DNA of 58,231 nucleotides, filler included, from Bipalium vagum (GCA_037834085.1; 3 parts of 3 records of this genome joined end to end with filler, not necessarily neighbours in it), one strand, 5' to 3'. Shown: positions 26,811 to 41,574, numbered from the whole stretch's first letter. Notes: generated by a model not told the origin, from the letters alone. A program made the numbers and translations.

Positions 26811-28114
26811 CAAGAGCCGAAAATAGCACCACAGTTTAATGTTTTGTTGTAAACATTTTATAATTGTAACTCCATTGTAACACAAACTTTACTGTCAATG
26901 AAAATTTTATTTATGACAGGCAATAAGAAGGGATGAGAAGGGGGATAAATTTCTTTACCAAATTTGGATAATATAACATTTAATGAGGTCTGAATGTCAA
27001 TTATGTGGGTAAGCAGTCTTTTGTAGTTAGTTGGTTAATTTTTTAAAAATATCTCCATCTAAGAAAATGTAAACAGAAAATGAGAAAATTTAATGTTTTA
27101 TCAGCAGACATTGATTCTAAAAGAAAAGTTTCTTGATTTTCAACTCATTTAACTATTAGGAAGAAAATAGTGACTGAGAAATTAGTTTTATATGTAAACT
27201 ACGAAATTTAGGGGTCCTTATGTTTATCTGAAGGTCAATTACCAATTACACGATTTTATTTAAATATCGATTCTGATGAATATTAAGTTTTATGAACTTA
27301 GTTTTCTGATTTCTTACATTTAAAGATTTATTGATTGATTTGTGAAACTTATACTTTTATGTTTCATTTAGTTTAAGGAATATAATCATACCATGGGAAT
27401 TTTTAATTTTAAAATCATAGCTTAAAAGTTTAAATAATAGTATTAACAAAACAAATGTATAATAATTTAAACAATTTAAATTATTTAACATAATTGTAAG
27501 TAAATTAAAGTTACATTCCAAAAAATGAAAATTTAATTCTATCATTAATCAGATAATTATATTTTATAATTAAATTAAGTCAATAAATTTAAATAAATTA
27601 AGATTTGAAAATCCCATGGTTTGATAATTAAATTTTTTTAAAATTCGGATTGTGAAAGAGAAATAAAATTTATGGACTTCAAATCTCTTCATGTTAATAA
27701 TCAGAACGATCATTCATACGTTCCACAACAGATGATTTTACATTATCTGAAAGAATATAATCTTTAAAATAATAAATTCTACATCAAATCATATTAATAA
27801 ATATAAAATATCATAACCAAATACCAAAATATTCTTAACAGTTGTTGGGTAATGAAGACTGGTTCGAGTAAATCAATCTATCTTATCAAAAATCAACACA
27901 ATAGGTCCAATAAAAAATCAGTGAAAAAAGGTTGTTGTCTAAATAATTTTATTGAAAATAGGAAATACAAATAATATTAATTGCATCTTGACCTTTACAC
28001 ATTTATAATCAAATTTATTACAAAAAATAAGCTTTTATTTATGTCTTAGGGAATTGTTTTTTATTAATCATGTAATTGCTTATAACTATTGTGAGATAAA
28101 TTGAAAATTAGTCG

Positions 28115-28186
28115 AGGGATGCAGCTCAGTGGTCAGAGCAGTCCATGCGCATGTGAAGGTCTCGGGTTCGAATCCCGGTATCTCCG
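28115..28186 (+). pseudogene. tRNA-Ala-derived pseudogene or SINE head (CGC at the anticodon position)
   Basis: A box GCAGCTCAGTGG and B box GGTTCGAATCC; D and T stems pair; G3:U70 Ala determinant present. The 1:72 pair is mismatched, position 8 is C, and the anticodon stem does not pair. Confidence 0.75.
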
Positions 28187-31100
28187 AGTAATTCTTAGCT
28201 AACAACTATCGTTATTAAAATTAGGCTATGGTATCATTTTCCAATAAACAGCATTATTAAATTAATAAATAACCAAAATAGTTAACTTAATCTCTATTTT
28301 TATTAGAAATTCAAACCCCTCCTGTAAATTTTAATGATTTTCTATGGGTTTTTGAATAAAATAATGAAAATACCATTTAAAATTTTTTTATTTTGATTAT
28401 AAATTGTTCACAACTATTTTCTTTTTAATATCTGTTATAATTAAAATTGCACTTAAGGGTTAATAATTTTCAATTATTGTCTTTTGGTTATTTATGTTGC
28501 TATCCGTTCAACTTATTAAAGTAATCGATGGAACTTTCTGAATATAATACCAATAAGAAAAATGATAATGATTAATGATATGAATAATTATTGTGTAATG
28601 CTATGTTCTCGCATTCTATGGGGTTTTAATTTTGACTTAACATTATTTAGTAATAAATGTTGCTAAATTTAGATTTCCTAAAATGTATTTTATCTAATAA
28701 TTTGGGTGTCGTAACCAGTTACTGTTTTTAATTTGATTAATATTTTACATTCACTACTCCAGACACGAATGAATAATCAAACAAACTTATTGATGAATTA
28801 AGCTTCGAAGTCAAGGTTAATCAATTAGTGTTCAATCGATAATAGTAAAAAATGTCAATTAACAAATCATAAAAATATAAGTAATGGATAATTAAATGAA
28901 AATAAATTAAAGACTGTTAGCTAAAACAAGCTAAAAAATACAGTAAAACACAAAATAAAGAAAAATTACCGATGAAATAAATGTAATGAGTCTTTAAGTC
29001 ATCAGTTAGGTCCCGTTGGGTCGCCTAAATACAATCTAAGTCAACGAAACCCACTGATAATTTATAATAATTGGTAGCACAATCAGAAATCACTCAGTGA
29101 ATTAAGTATTGGTATGTCAAAGTATCTTCCATAGGGTGACATACTGGGTGACTTCTAGTTATTTTTTTTTTGTAATGATATGTTGGTTTTGATTTTAAAT
29201 CTGTTAGTTAATTACGTATTTTATAAATTTACGTAATTTTTTGTTTCAATAATTTGTCATTAATTTTTTGATAAAATTATAATATACGAATAAATTTAAT
29301 TTTATTGTCATAAAAATTATTGAAATGATATTAAATGAATGGAACACTTAGATATTGTCAAATGAGTCTTGGATTTATCCAAATGTCAATAAAAAATCAC
29401 TTAATTCCAGTTTTTATTCAAATTTCGTTTCTTCTGAAATTTGTTATTTGTTGGTTTTCCGCTTTTATTTTTTGAGTTGATTTCCTTTAAAATTAGTATT
29501 TTATAGATTCCGATTTTGATATCTACTGTTCAATTGGATTTACTTTTGACGATTTCGCAGTTGTCTTCATATTATATGCACTAGAATACTCAAAAATTAA
29601 TTAATTCAAATCTTTTTGACTATAAACTGTATTTAAACATCAAAATATTAAGTCTAGAAATGTCAATAGAATCCGTTCTTGTCGCAACGATTACGTTAGT
29701 CGATAGACAATGTTATGAAACAACAATGTCAATAAAATGGAATTCTGATATATCTGCAACATTGGCTGCTTCGTGGTGGATACTTAAAATGTTCAAAGTA
29801 AGGAGTGTTCATTTATGGGAGGGTGTTAATTCTACAAAGACTTAAACTAAAATTCTCATTGTAAAAAGGTTAATCAAAAAAATTACAAGACCGGCAAAAA
29901 TGTTTTCTTCATCATTGTTGCTTTTATCTACAATTGGATTTAATACATATTCTTCCCTGTCTTTATAATTAGTTTTAACAGCAATATTTTTTCACCAAAT
30001 CCTATTTCAAGAGGTAACATTTTTAAGTTCCTGCTCATCATTAGAAGATAAGTCAGAATTTTTGTAAGTCCCTATGAATCCTATAATGATTGAAGTAATT
30101 AATTATTGTTTCATCATCGTATTCTGATCATTACATTTCAACCCACATTATTATTCAGAATATTAACATTCTTTATTAAGGTCTTAAAATTTACTAACAT
30201 ATAGATGATAATAAGATGTTTAACAATATATTTACGGCAGTATATATTAAAATTTTTAGAGACTGGCATGCTAAAATTATATTAGGTAGTATATATATTA
30301 ATTTAAAATTTGACAATTCCAATGAAAAATCGGTATAGCAAGGTAAATTACTTAGTAGCAAGAATACTTTTAGTTGGTTTCGTGAAATTTGTGTATTAAA
30401 TTTTAATAAATACTCTAAAAAAAGGTATTAGTCATCTATAATTTGTTATTATTAAATTTCAAAAAAAACTGTTCTTTAAAATTAATTTTTTATGAACTTC
30501 AAAATTTATGTATTCTATATTTTCAGTTATTTGATTTAATTTCTAACGAGTAAAAATTGTTTAAAAACATTTAATAATGCCTTGGTTAAATAGCTGTAAT
30601 GAGGTAGTTGAAATCGGTGGTAAAACCGCCAAACCAGTAAATTTCAAGTTTCTATGAACTGTACAATTATCTATAATCAACAGAACTATATTTGCAAATT
30701 AATCAATTCGAAATTCTAATTTTTTTTATTTATAATGATTAAATAATAGTAAAAAGTTGAATAATAATATCAAAATAAATAATTACTTTCAAAATGGTCC
30801 TTGATTTGACTAAGTGCTTGCTTTGTTCAAATATGTGATCTACTTTTTATACTTGATTGGATTTATTTATGCGTTCGTGGACTTTACTCTGGACGTCGAT
30901 CATGTTAATATTATTTTCTATAATATTCTATTATTAATGTTGTTTTTTGACCTGATTTGTTAAATTAACGTCTATAATTTTTCTTTTTAAACCTAATTTT
31001 TCCTTATATTATTTTTATCATTAAATTTTTTCCTTTTTAGATTTCTATAATATTTTATTTGTTATTTTTAGAAATCCAGCTGTTTCTATTTTTACATTTA

Positions 31101-31959
31101 TTTTAATTAATTGCTAATAATAATAACCATAATAATAATTGTTAGGAGTTTATATTCTTTACATTTTAGAATTTCTCATTTTTAAATAAGACAAATTTAC
31201 ACAATAATTCTTTTTGAGTCTCCACATTATAACAATATATATTATTTAAACAAAAATATTAAAATTCTTAAGGTCAATTATCAATTCATATTAAAAACTG
31301 AATCGAACAATATAAAAGTACACAAAAGTTAAAAACATTTTAAAAATATTCAGAATCTTTTTATCCAGAGCCTAGCACAATTAAATTTAAGTCATTGTTC
31401 TTAAATTTAAAATACAACATTACGCAAAAATCTAAAAATTTGAAATAAAATCATAAAGTAATTACTAGTAATCACGAAAGCCAATTTTTTCGTATATAAA
31501 TTTTATGGACTTCATATTTCTATATTTGGCCGGTTGATATTAATCAATATTCACAATTTGATGCATTTTTAACAAAATGAATGATCACAATTCTCGAGAA
31601 AATAAATAATCTATGCAGAATGAAATTACAGTTTTTTATATCGTGTTTTCCAAGTTTGGAAGATATCTTAATATTAAACATGTTTTAATATTATGTCATA
31701 AAGTTTGAAATAGATAGACTTAATACCAAACTCTTATTAATGAAATCTTTAAAAAGGAACACTGGAATTAACCAGTATAACTGTATTCAGCACGAATACA
31801 CGACTGATATCTCGTGTGCAGGTCGCAGATTCATTTTTAAAAAAGAAAAATCTGATTTGAGAAAATTAATTAATTGCATAAAGGAATTTTGGATAGTTTG
31901 TAGGTGAAATGTCTAGAGAATAAGAAATATGATCAATGGTTTCCGAATCTGTCTTCAAA

Positions 31960-32660
31960 ATTTTTAATTAAATCCGATTTGCAACGTGAAAGAATATTGG
32001 TCTACTTTTATTGGCCATTCTTGAGTTTTCTTTTGCAAGATTCCTTATAAATTCATCCAATTGAATATAGTAGACGTATTCTATCATTGATTTACCTTGT
32101 TTTAAAAGATATTAAACTTTCACTTGTCCACTAAATAGTAATCATCTGGTTCTTTTAAAATATTTTCAACTTTGGATACTGTTTAGCAGACTGCTTAGAA
32201 TTGTGGCATATGATCCACTTTTCGTTACATTTAATAATATTATAAAAATGGATCAATCTTATTTCGTGAGAGTAGAGAAATTCATGCATTAAAATTCTTA
32301 TGCATATGGTTTTCCGTTAATTTATGGAATCATCGGTCGAGTTTTTTTGAATATTTTCTTTCATAAATTTTCTTAAACGGTTGGGATAGAAACATGAAAT
32401 ATTGCTGTTCATTCTGTGTTAGATTGGGATATATTACTTTCCACTTCAATTTTTTTGCTTTTAATTTGCAAGTCTACTCGGGATTGATTTCCCAAGTTAA
32501 AATCACCAGATTTGAATTTTGTAAATCAATTATTGATAGTAATTTTGATTAAGCACAGTATCACTAAGCACATCTTTCATGTTCCAGACAATTTGGGATG
32601 TGTTTAATCCTCGACGGAACTTATTCCATGACAATGCAAATTTTCGATTTTTCCACTATC
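31960..32660 (-). mobile_element. mariner (cecropia/Hsmar1-like) remnant
   Basis: FRRGLNTSQ, FTKFKSGDFNL.NQSR and KCNEKWIICHN (TCDEKWI.YDN equivalent). Confidence 0.75.
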
Positions 32661-35600
32661 TGTAAACTAGTTTACAAATTATATAAAATATAATTTTGTC
32701 TTAATTTTTTAAATTGTGTGGTTCTGAGAAAATATTAAAACAAGAATTATTCATTTACAATAAAAAAGATATTTAAAGTTAAAAATGACTAGATAAAAGA
32801 ATGCATTATATACTATTAATAATATTATTTTTAAAACATTTATTGTTATTATTAATTACATTATATTGAAATTAAGGTCTTCTTAATATAGTGTTTTTGT
32901 AAAAGTTGTACTTTTCTCAGGTTTCTCATTTCATAAAATAATTAAAACAAAATTTTTATGAAATTAATCATTTTTAAAAGAATTAAATTCTTAAAGATTT
33001 AAATTAAAATTATCGAATGCATTATTAAAACTAATAAAGGACAAAATAAATTTTTACAACAATATTCCGACATTTAAATCAAATTAATTTGCGTTATTTT
33101 AATTTTTGGTACAGTTGGTCTTACATAATTTGATTATAACGCTCAGGTACTTTGTTACTATTCTCTTAATACCAACTTAAGAACAGGTAAAAAATTTACC
33201 ATATTTTTATAAGATTTATCGATTTTAAAGCATAAATGGTTTTTAAATCAATGTTATTGAATGTAAATAATATATTATGCATAATAATATATCAATTTAA
33301 GTTAAAATACATTGAGGTGAATATGCTTATTTCATCGAGTGAATATGGCTTTTACACAATTCTCATCATATAAATTGATCCTCAGAGAATTCTAACATTA
33401 CAGCTTTATTCACAAGGATTTCATACTGGATTTGTATTTTTCGTAATTGTTGATACGGTTTTCGTAAGGTGTCAGATAGTTTCTAAATCAACTGATTCTA
33501 AATGATTAGTGAAATTGAAGCATTTTGTTAAGTCTATTAGATAAAAGTGGAGTGAGTTAAGAGCTTAAAGGTTAGAAGGTTTTTATGCGTGTTTAACTCT
33601 GTTTTTAATCGACTAAGAAAACAAATCAATGCACAAAATTTTATTTATATTAAATAACAATATTATTTTTATATATTTACAAGACCAGAGTGATTGCTAT
33701 TGCAACAATCCTCTTTAAGAACAATTCCTCAATGTTACGATTAATTAAATGAAGGATAACTTTTCGCACTGATAAAAATACCAGTGTCTCAAAAGCCCTT
33801 AAAGAAATGTAATTCACTACCCTATTTAGTATGTGAACTGCTAACAAAAAAAGTTGCTTCAGAAGTTAAAAAAAACAAAAGATTAGATGATTTTAGGGCT
33901 AGACCTTAACATTTATTTAGAAGAACTTTAATTATATAATTGTCTAATTCTCAAGAATTACCAATTTAGAGATTTGATTTTATAATTATTAATTATAATA
34001 ATTATTAATTGTTTAATTTACAAGAATTACCAATTAAAATATTTTACTTAATTTAATTATTTATTGATAAATAAAAATCTTGTTAATTTCTTAACAATGT
34101 ATTCTATAATTAACAACAATAAGCACTAAAGAATCACTATGGGCATATATTTTTTGAATGGATAATTTGCACTATATCTGTTTATTTAGAAATGATCTGG
34201 TCCTTTTATATATTTTTTTCTTCATGATCGCTTAGTGATTCGTTCGTGATGATTTTATTCTATAAATATTTTTCTGTGACGCTGTGATCGTTCGTGATAA
34301 TTTTGTCTGTGCCTTTTGTAAATAAAATTATGCACATGTATATATTATCTTTACTATACATTTTTTAAATAGTAAGTAAAATAAATTTAAATAGTAATTT
34401 ATATTTGTTTTTGTATAATATTTACTTATAATAACTTTAATATATTTAATTTTCTCCTAAAATCTATTTTTAGTAAGTTCTACGTACTATATTTTTTACA
34501 ATATTTTTACATATTTTTTTGTTTTAATGTTTGTATTTTTATACCAAAATGAAAATAGTGTTATTTATATTATATTTTATTTTATTTATTATTTCTTTAT
34601 TGACACTTTTGGGGAAAAATTCTTTTACACAAGACATGAAATAATTTAAATAAAACATTTTATTAATTATAATATAATTTTCACAAAATTTTTATTTCGA
34701 AGCTTTTTGGGTTTTTGAAGTTTTCTGAAGTCTCCACAAGTTAATGAATAAAAATAATTAAATAAAATTAAAATTTTCAGAAAGTTGTTTTAATATTTAG
34801 TTCTTGATCAGTAAATGACTTTTCAAACATTTTTTCTTTAAATAAATCTTTTCATCACTTTATCTTCATTTTATATTACAATTACATATTGATTTTTTGT
34901 TTTTCACATCTTTTATTCATTTTCGCTAAACGATATGTTAGTAATGTCGTGTATATTTATGGTTTTTCTAAGAGCATAGATCGAGGAGTTGATTATAAAG
35001 GTTTCAAATAGGGTCTGAGATTTCCAAAATTTAAATTAATTTTTAAAATGAAACCACTTTAAAATAAAAAACTGAAATTATTTTAAAAATATAATTGGAT
35101 GAAGGATACTCAAAATATTTTGGAATTCCCAATATATTTTTAATAATCCAATTGGAAATTGAATTTTATGAAGTAGTATTGATTCTCATTAAATGAAATC
35201 AAATAGTTCAAGAACTCCGAAAAATATTTCTCCATAATGTTAATCTCTAAATTTGGAGTGAAAAACAATTTGTCGAAGACAGATAGTTAATTGCAATTTA
35301 AATTATTTTTATTTCCGTTAATTATTAACTGAAGATAGCTTAAACAGAAGAAAATAAATCATTTATTCTCTTTTATCATACGACTGGATTATATTCGGAT
35401 TTCCCACCAAGGGTCTATTTTTGAGTGAACCTTTGGGGGGTCAGCTAATAAAACTAAATCTGATTAGAATCAAAATGTTGAGACAAATTTTAAATTTAAT
35501 ATTTTTGGTATTTAATAACTTTGTGATTTAATTATTTAATTGACAATTTGGTAATCGGTTTCATTGTTATCTAACTTTGTATTGGTAACTTGATATTATT

Positions 35601-36232
35601 GATATTCTGTGTGTTTGTTGCTATTATATTGTGATAAATAAACGTTTTATTCATTTACTGATCTAAGTGATTAGACCAAATAATAGTTTACTGTGAAAGG
35701 TTGAATTTAAATCGTCAAGCAATTGACAAGCCTAATAATGCGAAGTTTAAGAAGATGTTTAAAGTGGATTACGAACATAGGAATGTAATATTTCTTAAAT
35801 ATTTACTTTCAATATTTACTCGTCCATGTCGAGGTGAGCGGTAGTTAAAATTATTTTTTAGAAGTTCAGTGATTATGGTTCATGGTTAAACAATTAGTTG
35901 TAAAGAATATATTTTTTAAGACAAACAAAAATCCTTACAAATATATTCTTTAGTAATTATTTTTGCCTTTAATCTAATCACTTCAAAACAACAATTTTCA
36001 ATATTTAAAAATTAATGAAAGTGTTGGACTCCAGAAAATTATGTTCGTTCAATGAATATACCTGAATTCAGAATTCTATCATGTTTTAAATTTGAAAGTC
36101 AATCACTATAAAATTTTTAGCAAGTGAAACATCATTATTAATCGATCTTATTACCTTTTATTTACTTACAAAATAAACATTGAAAAGGTATCATTAACCC
36201 TTACTTTTGAAAAATCTAAATAAAACCATTAA

Positions 36233-36893
36233 TTAAAACTCATATTGGAACACCCAAAAACAAGACTGGTTTTTCTTTTCAGACTCGACCGAATAAATCA
36301 CCAATAACAATGTTGTACACATTTTTTGAGCCTCCGTTTTTGAACTATTCAAGGTTTTTCGGCAGCAGTTGACTCGAGTTAATTTTTGTATATCAGTTAT
36401 GAGATGTGGGATCCAACGGGAAACTAACTTCCTCACATTCAGTTCCTCATTCAGGATCTTATGCATTGAGGTATTTGAAATGCCAACGAAACTTCATCTC
36501 ACGATATGTTGTATGTCGACCTTCTATGATGAGCAGCGTCTATTTTTTCCTGTCCTTGGTGCACTAGTTCTCGGTTCACTGGTCAGACTAGATAGTCCAC
36601 GTTGGTTATCGCGATACCGGTGAGAAATTGTGGACTGATGTAGTGTTTCATCCCCAAGAACAGATAAAATTTCGGATCTAAATTGTTCCTGAGATAATCC
36701 TCTTATAAAATTGCTCGAACATTTTTTTCATTGATTATGGTTTTTAAATCATCGCTGTAAACAAAGAATGGTATATTTGAAACAAAATTATAATTCTTAG
36801 TATCTAAATATAGACATTTGTTATACATACTAATAGTTTATTATTGTAGGCTTGGGTGCACCAATATACAAAACTTAACAATCAGCCCTCGTA
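36233..36893 (-). mobile_element. mariner 5' half with TIR
   Basis: TA followed by CGAGGGCTGATTGTTAAGTT as the end on the minus strand; ILNEELNVRKLVSRWIPHLIT (WVPHEL motif). Confidence 0.85.
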
Positions 36894-39800
36894 TACCGTC
36901 CTTACTCAATTAATGTTATTTTGTGAAAACTATCAGTAAGTTTTTACAGTTTTCAAAAATTATTACAAATGTTCAATTTTAATTTTTTTAGTTTCTAATA
37001 GTCCTTTTTTTACACTACCACAAAGTTAATACAGTTTTTAACAGATTTTTTCAACGAATCTTCTATTAATTATGTTGTTTTAAAATATTTTGAATATTTA
37101 CTTTCCTCTTCAATTAAACAATTCTGCATCATTTGGATGTTTTTCTTGTTTAAAGTTTTTAAAATATTAATTTTTCATATTCAATATAAAACAATTAATT
37201 CATATAAAATTACAGAACAATTTCGAGTATTTAATAATAAATTTAATCAACTTGCAAATGTTTGTTTAGTATTAAATATGTAATTATTACTGTAGTTTAG
37301 ACGATTAAAAATTTGATTAAGACATTCCAGAAAATTCTTACTAATTCTTAGTTAAAAACGCTTTATTACTTATTATATTTATTACAGTAATTACGTACAA
37401 ATAAGTTACAGATTTTCCCCAGGCTTTGTGTGTTTAGAGAAAAAACCCTTTTGCCTATGTCCGCAAAAAATAAGAGCATATTTGTATAAAGTCAAAATGT
37501 TTTACTTCCTCTCGAGTTGGTATGATTACCAGTATTTCTTTAGTACCCTAAATCTTATATCACTTTTGAATAGATTTGTGATAAAACCTATTGTAAATTA
37601 AGTCCGGAATGAGTATGTCATAGTAAGACAAAAATGTGTGTCTTTAATCTTTGTGTTTCAATTCCAAAATCTTCTGATTTTTCCAGCCAAATTCTGATTA
37701 TAAGTAGGGTTGAATTTTAGAAATCTTTGATCTGAACAATATTCTAAAGTGAAAATCAGATTTGAAGGGTAGCTACATTATTCGTACCCTAGTAGCCAAT
37801 AAGGAGTATTTGGGTCTACTGATATCATCCTAATATCATCATTACATCTTAAAAACAAACAAATTACACAAACACAGCTTCTAAAATTTAAGATTTTCAG
37901 TCTACGCTCCTGGCTTCTATATTTTAGTTTAGTAATAATAGAATATCATGATAATATAGATTGGAGAAATAATTTTAATAAACTCAAAAACAATCTTTGA
38001 TTATAATATCAAATTATAATTCCCGTCAAATTGAGTGGCGCTTGAATAATAGGAATAAGCGGGATTAGTCATTAAACAGTGGGATACTGTATGGATATTA
38101 TGATTTTTTACTTTTGGGAACAGTACGGGTACAGAGATTTTTTCTTTTTGTGTCAGTTTTCGAGACAATATTAAATTGAGTATTAGTGTTGTATTCTTTT
38201 ATATTGAATAAAATCTTTAGACATACACTTTTATTGTTTCCACTGTGCGTACGCAACTAACACAACTTCTGATATCTTAGTAGATCGAGTGTATATTTTT
38301 TTTCTTTTCCAAATATTAACATTTCAAAGTCGTAAAATTTAACTTAAAATAATACACTGCTTAATGGTACTTAAATTTCGAATGAATGAACTAAAAAGTA
38401 TTAATAATGGTGGAGATTGTAAGATTTTATTTTGAAACCGATCAATTGGATAATGAAGATAAGGCGGGTTTTACTGGTTCGAGTAAATTTCTTGTGAAAA
38501 TGTCACACAACAATCATGTAATTATTATAGTGAATTGAAATATTTTCTTTATTTTTGTTTAGGAGGATCAACATTTTGAATTTCTGATTCCAATTAAAGT
38601 CTTAATATTAAAAGGACGAAAAATTTATCACTAAATATTGGAAAGGAAGATGACCATTGAATTTTGTTATAATTAAGAAATAAGTGAAAAGTAAAATTTT
38701 TACAAAAGATTATTGTAGTAAATGAGAATCAAATTTACAGAATCTGTTCGGAAAAAGATATCACTTTGGTATTCGCATGTGGTCACTATTTACTATATTT
38801 GACTTCCCACTTGTTAAAATTTTTATAAATTTAAACTTGACAGTTAACCATATTATAATTATAATTATTTTAAGGGACATTGGTATGAATAAGAGTTGTT
38901 GATTCTCTATAAAGAAATGAACGAATAATTTTCAACAAATAAATCTCAAAAGGGACCAAAATTCAAATTTTAAACAAATTTATTTATATCACGTAAAAAA
39001 TTTTAAACAGACTCATTTTAAAATCTGATTAAGCACCATCGGAATCAGGGAATTAATATTTCCCCAGTTTGGCTGAATGCCAACAGACAAATCGTTGTGA
39101 TATGTTTACTGATTTGGGAGTAATTAAAACAGATCAAAACGAAATCTCAGGATTTTCTCAGTGTAAACTTTCCGAAGTTTCAATTTGATGAAACTTTTAC
39201 AGAAACAGTCAGACAAGTACTATTTTGAAGAGTTCACAGATTTTCCTTCAAAGTTCAGAAAGAAGCATCTGAAACTTTAATTTTCTTATATCGACGTTTC
39301 TCTATCGATTGAAAGTGAATTGAATTAATAATTCATTCAGATGAGCATGAGTCAATTCTAAAAACAAATCCATAACCTTGATGCCTTTGATGACAGCAGA
39401 GATGCTCCTCTTCTATGAGATCTAAAAAAGACGTGGATGACGTCCGCAAATCCAAACCTGTAAAACTGTAGGACGATTTAGAGGTCTTCATTATTGTCCG
39501 AGGTCGCAGATCGACACAAAGGTGTATGAAAAGCATACCGGCGAGTCAACATCACGATGAAGCAGATTCAAACTTGGATAGTATTGCACAAACGTCAAGA
39601 CCATCTCGACAAAATAAAATGATTTTCCATTGATTTGTTTCTGTCGATATATATAGATTTTTGAGTGAATTGAAAATTTTATAAATCGTTATTTTAGTCA
39701 GTTTTTAAAATAAAAATTTGTTATGACTTATTTATTTCAATATTTTAAATTCGCTTAAATTCGTTGTGAAATAATAATTTTATTAAAATTTATTTTTACA

Positions 39801-40254
39801 AAAGTCAACGAATCAAAAAGGATTATACAATGTTGTTAATATATTATTAAATTAGTATTGGGAATTGGTGAGTGTCATCTTTCCTCTCACTTTTTGAGAC
39901 TGCCCATGATCAACAAATCCTCTATCAAGACGTGCAATGTTTGAAAATTGATTTTGTTAGTGATTATTGATTACTGTGTTGAAATTTGATTTTATTATTG
40001 TGTTTAATCGTCTGATAAGATAAATAATAAGTTTATAAATTTTTTTGGTTTGCAAAGGCACGAAAGCCAATAATATTAATAATAATAGTATTAATTTTAA
40101 TATTAATATTATTTTAAATAAAATAAAACTTAAAATATCAAAAATTACAGAAACAAATATATCAAAATCGCGTCGTCGTGATTTAAAATATATTTTATTT
40201 TTATTATTAATCTATTCTTTTTTAGAACTTCAATCAATAAATTTTATTTCATAA

Positions 40255-40345
40255 TTTATATCTTTAGATCATTTCATCTCTTCTGTTGGTAGTTCTTGAA
40301 TTATTGCAAAAGGATACAAACTATTTGCATCATAATATAATTGTT
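40255..40345 (-). pseudogene. Isolated protein-primed PolB motif-A fragment
   Basis: Minus strand reads QLYYDANSLYPFAIIQELPTEEMK. Confidence 0.6.
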
Positions 40346-40483
40346 AAGATCCTAGTTGATGGACAAAAGATGTTAAAGGTTGGAGCGTAAACGTGTCTTA
40401 GGTCTCAACGGTTGAAGGTTGCTTTAGGTTGTGTTCGATTAATTAAACAAACTAAGAAAACGATTTTCGGTTTAATACTTTTA

Positions 40484-40583
40484 NNNNNNNNNNNNNNNNN
40501 NNNNNNNNNNNNNNNNNNNNNNNNNNNTTAATTAATTAANNNNNNNNNNNNNNNNNNNNNNNNNNNNNNNNNNNNNNNNNNNN
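40484..40583. other. Artificial contig linker N44-TTAATTAATTAA-N44
   Basis: Same 100-bp structure as 15843-15942. Confidence 0.95.
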
Positions 40584-40680
40584 TTGCGGAATTACTCAGA
40601 TTTATTCGTTTTGACGATAAAGAAACTAGAAGCTACAGACGAAAAAATGATAAATTAGCGTCAATTAGAGATAAAAAGTA
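40584..40680 (+). mobile_element. piggyBac transposase fragment
   Basis: ELLRFIRFDDKETRSYRRKNDKLASIRD matches the RFLRFDD..TR..R...DK.A.IR pattern. Confidence 0.75.
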
Positions 40681-40729
40681 AACCACAATTTCGACAAATA
40701 CTACAGGGTGCATGCTAAGAATTCACGAA

Positions 40730-41565
40730 AACTGGTGAAAATAAAATATATTGTAAATTATGTGAAACGATTGTTTCACATTCGAAGTGTTTTTTCATTC
40801 AAAATCATCAGAATTCGCAAAGCACAAAAATGGAATGAAATCAATATCAAAATCTATAATTCCACAATTTTTTCAAATCCCAAAAGACAAATTTAAAAAG
40901 AAATGGTGCGGGCTTTCTTTTATGCAGATATTTCACTGTGGAAATTAAGGCATGAAAGCGTTCGAAACCTATTCACTTCGATTGGAAAATCAATCCCAAG
41001 TGAGTAATGGTGTAGAAATATTATTTCTGAATTATATGATGAAGAAATGATAAAAATGAAGAATTTAGTTGAAGACAATGAAGTGTTCATGATTATTAAA
41101 TTATCCGATTTATCAGGTAAAAAATTGTTAATGTTCTAGTTGGGTTATTGGACACTCTTGAAAAATCTTATTTGGTTGATTGCATTCCTCTTTCAATAGC
41201 ATCTAATACTCAAATTATGATATATCATTGATATATGATACAATTATTCTTTTAGGAATTAATAGAGGAAATGTTATGTTATTTATAAGTGATGAAGCTC
41301 GGTACATGACTGGTGCAAGTAAAACGTTACATGTACTTTATCCAAAACTTTTCCATGTAACTTGTATAGCGCACTTAATCCATAATTTAATTTAATCCAT
41401 AAAATTTCGATTAGAAGCGCAACGTTGAAAAATAAAACAAAATTGAATAATTTCCCAAGTATTGGATATCAACCAGAAACAATTATTACAAGATCTTGAT
41501 TGCCAAATGTTAAAAAAATTATAGAAAATTGGACAGGCGAAGGAATATTAGTACAACAGGCAAAA
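40730..41565 (+). mobile_element. hAT-superfamily / CGGBP1-like transposase remnant
   Basis: IYCKLC..H zinc finger, AFFYADISLWKL, FISDEARYM, LYPKLFHVTCIAHLIHN (CxxH). Confidence 0.75.
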
Positions 41566-41574
41566 TTAGCAATT

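Noticed and set aside
37540-38060. Possible solo LTR with degenerate PBS (TGGCGCTTGAA)
   Set aside because: No second LTR, TSD or downstream gag/pol recognised.
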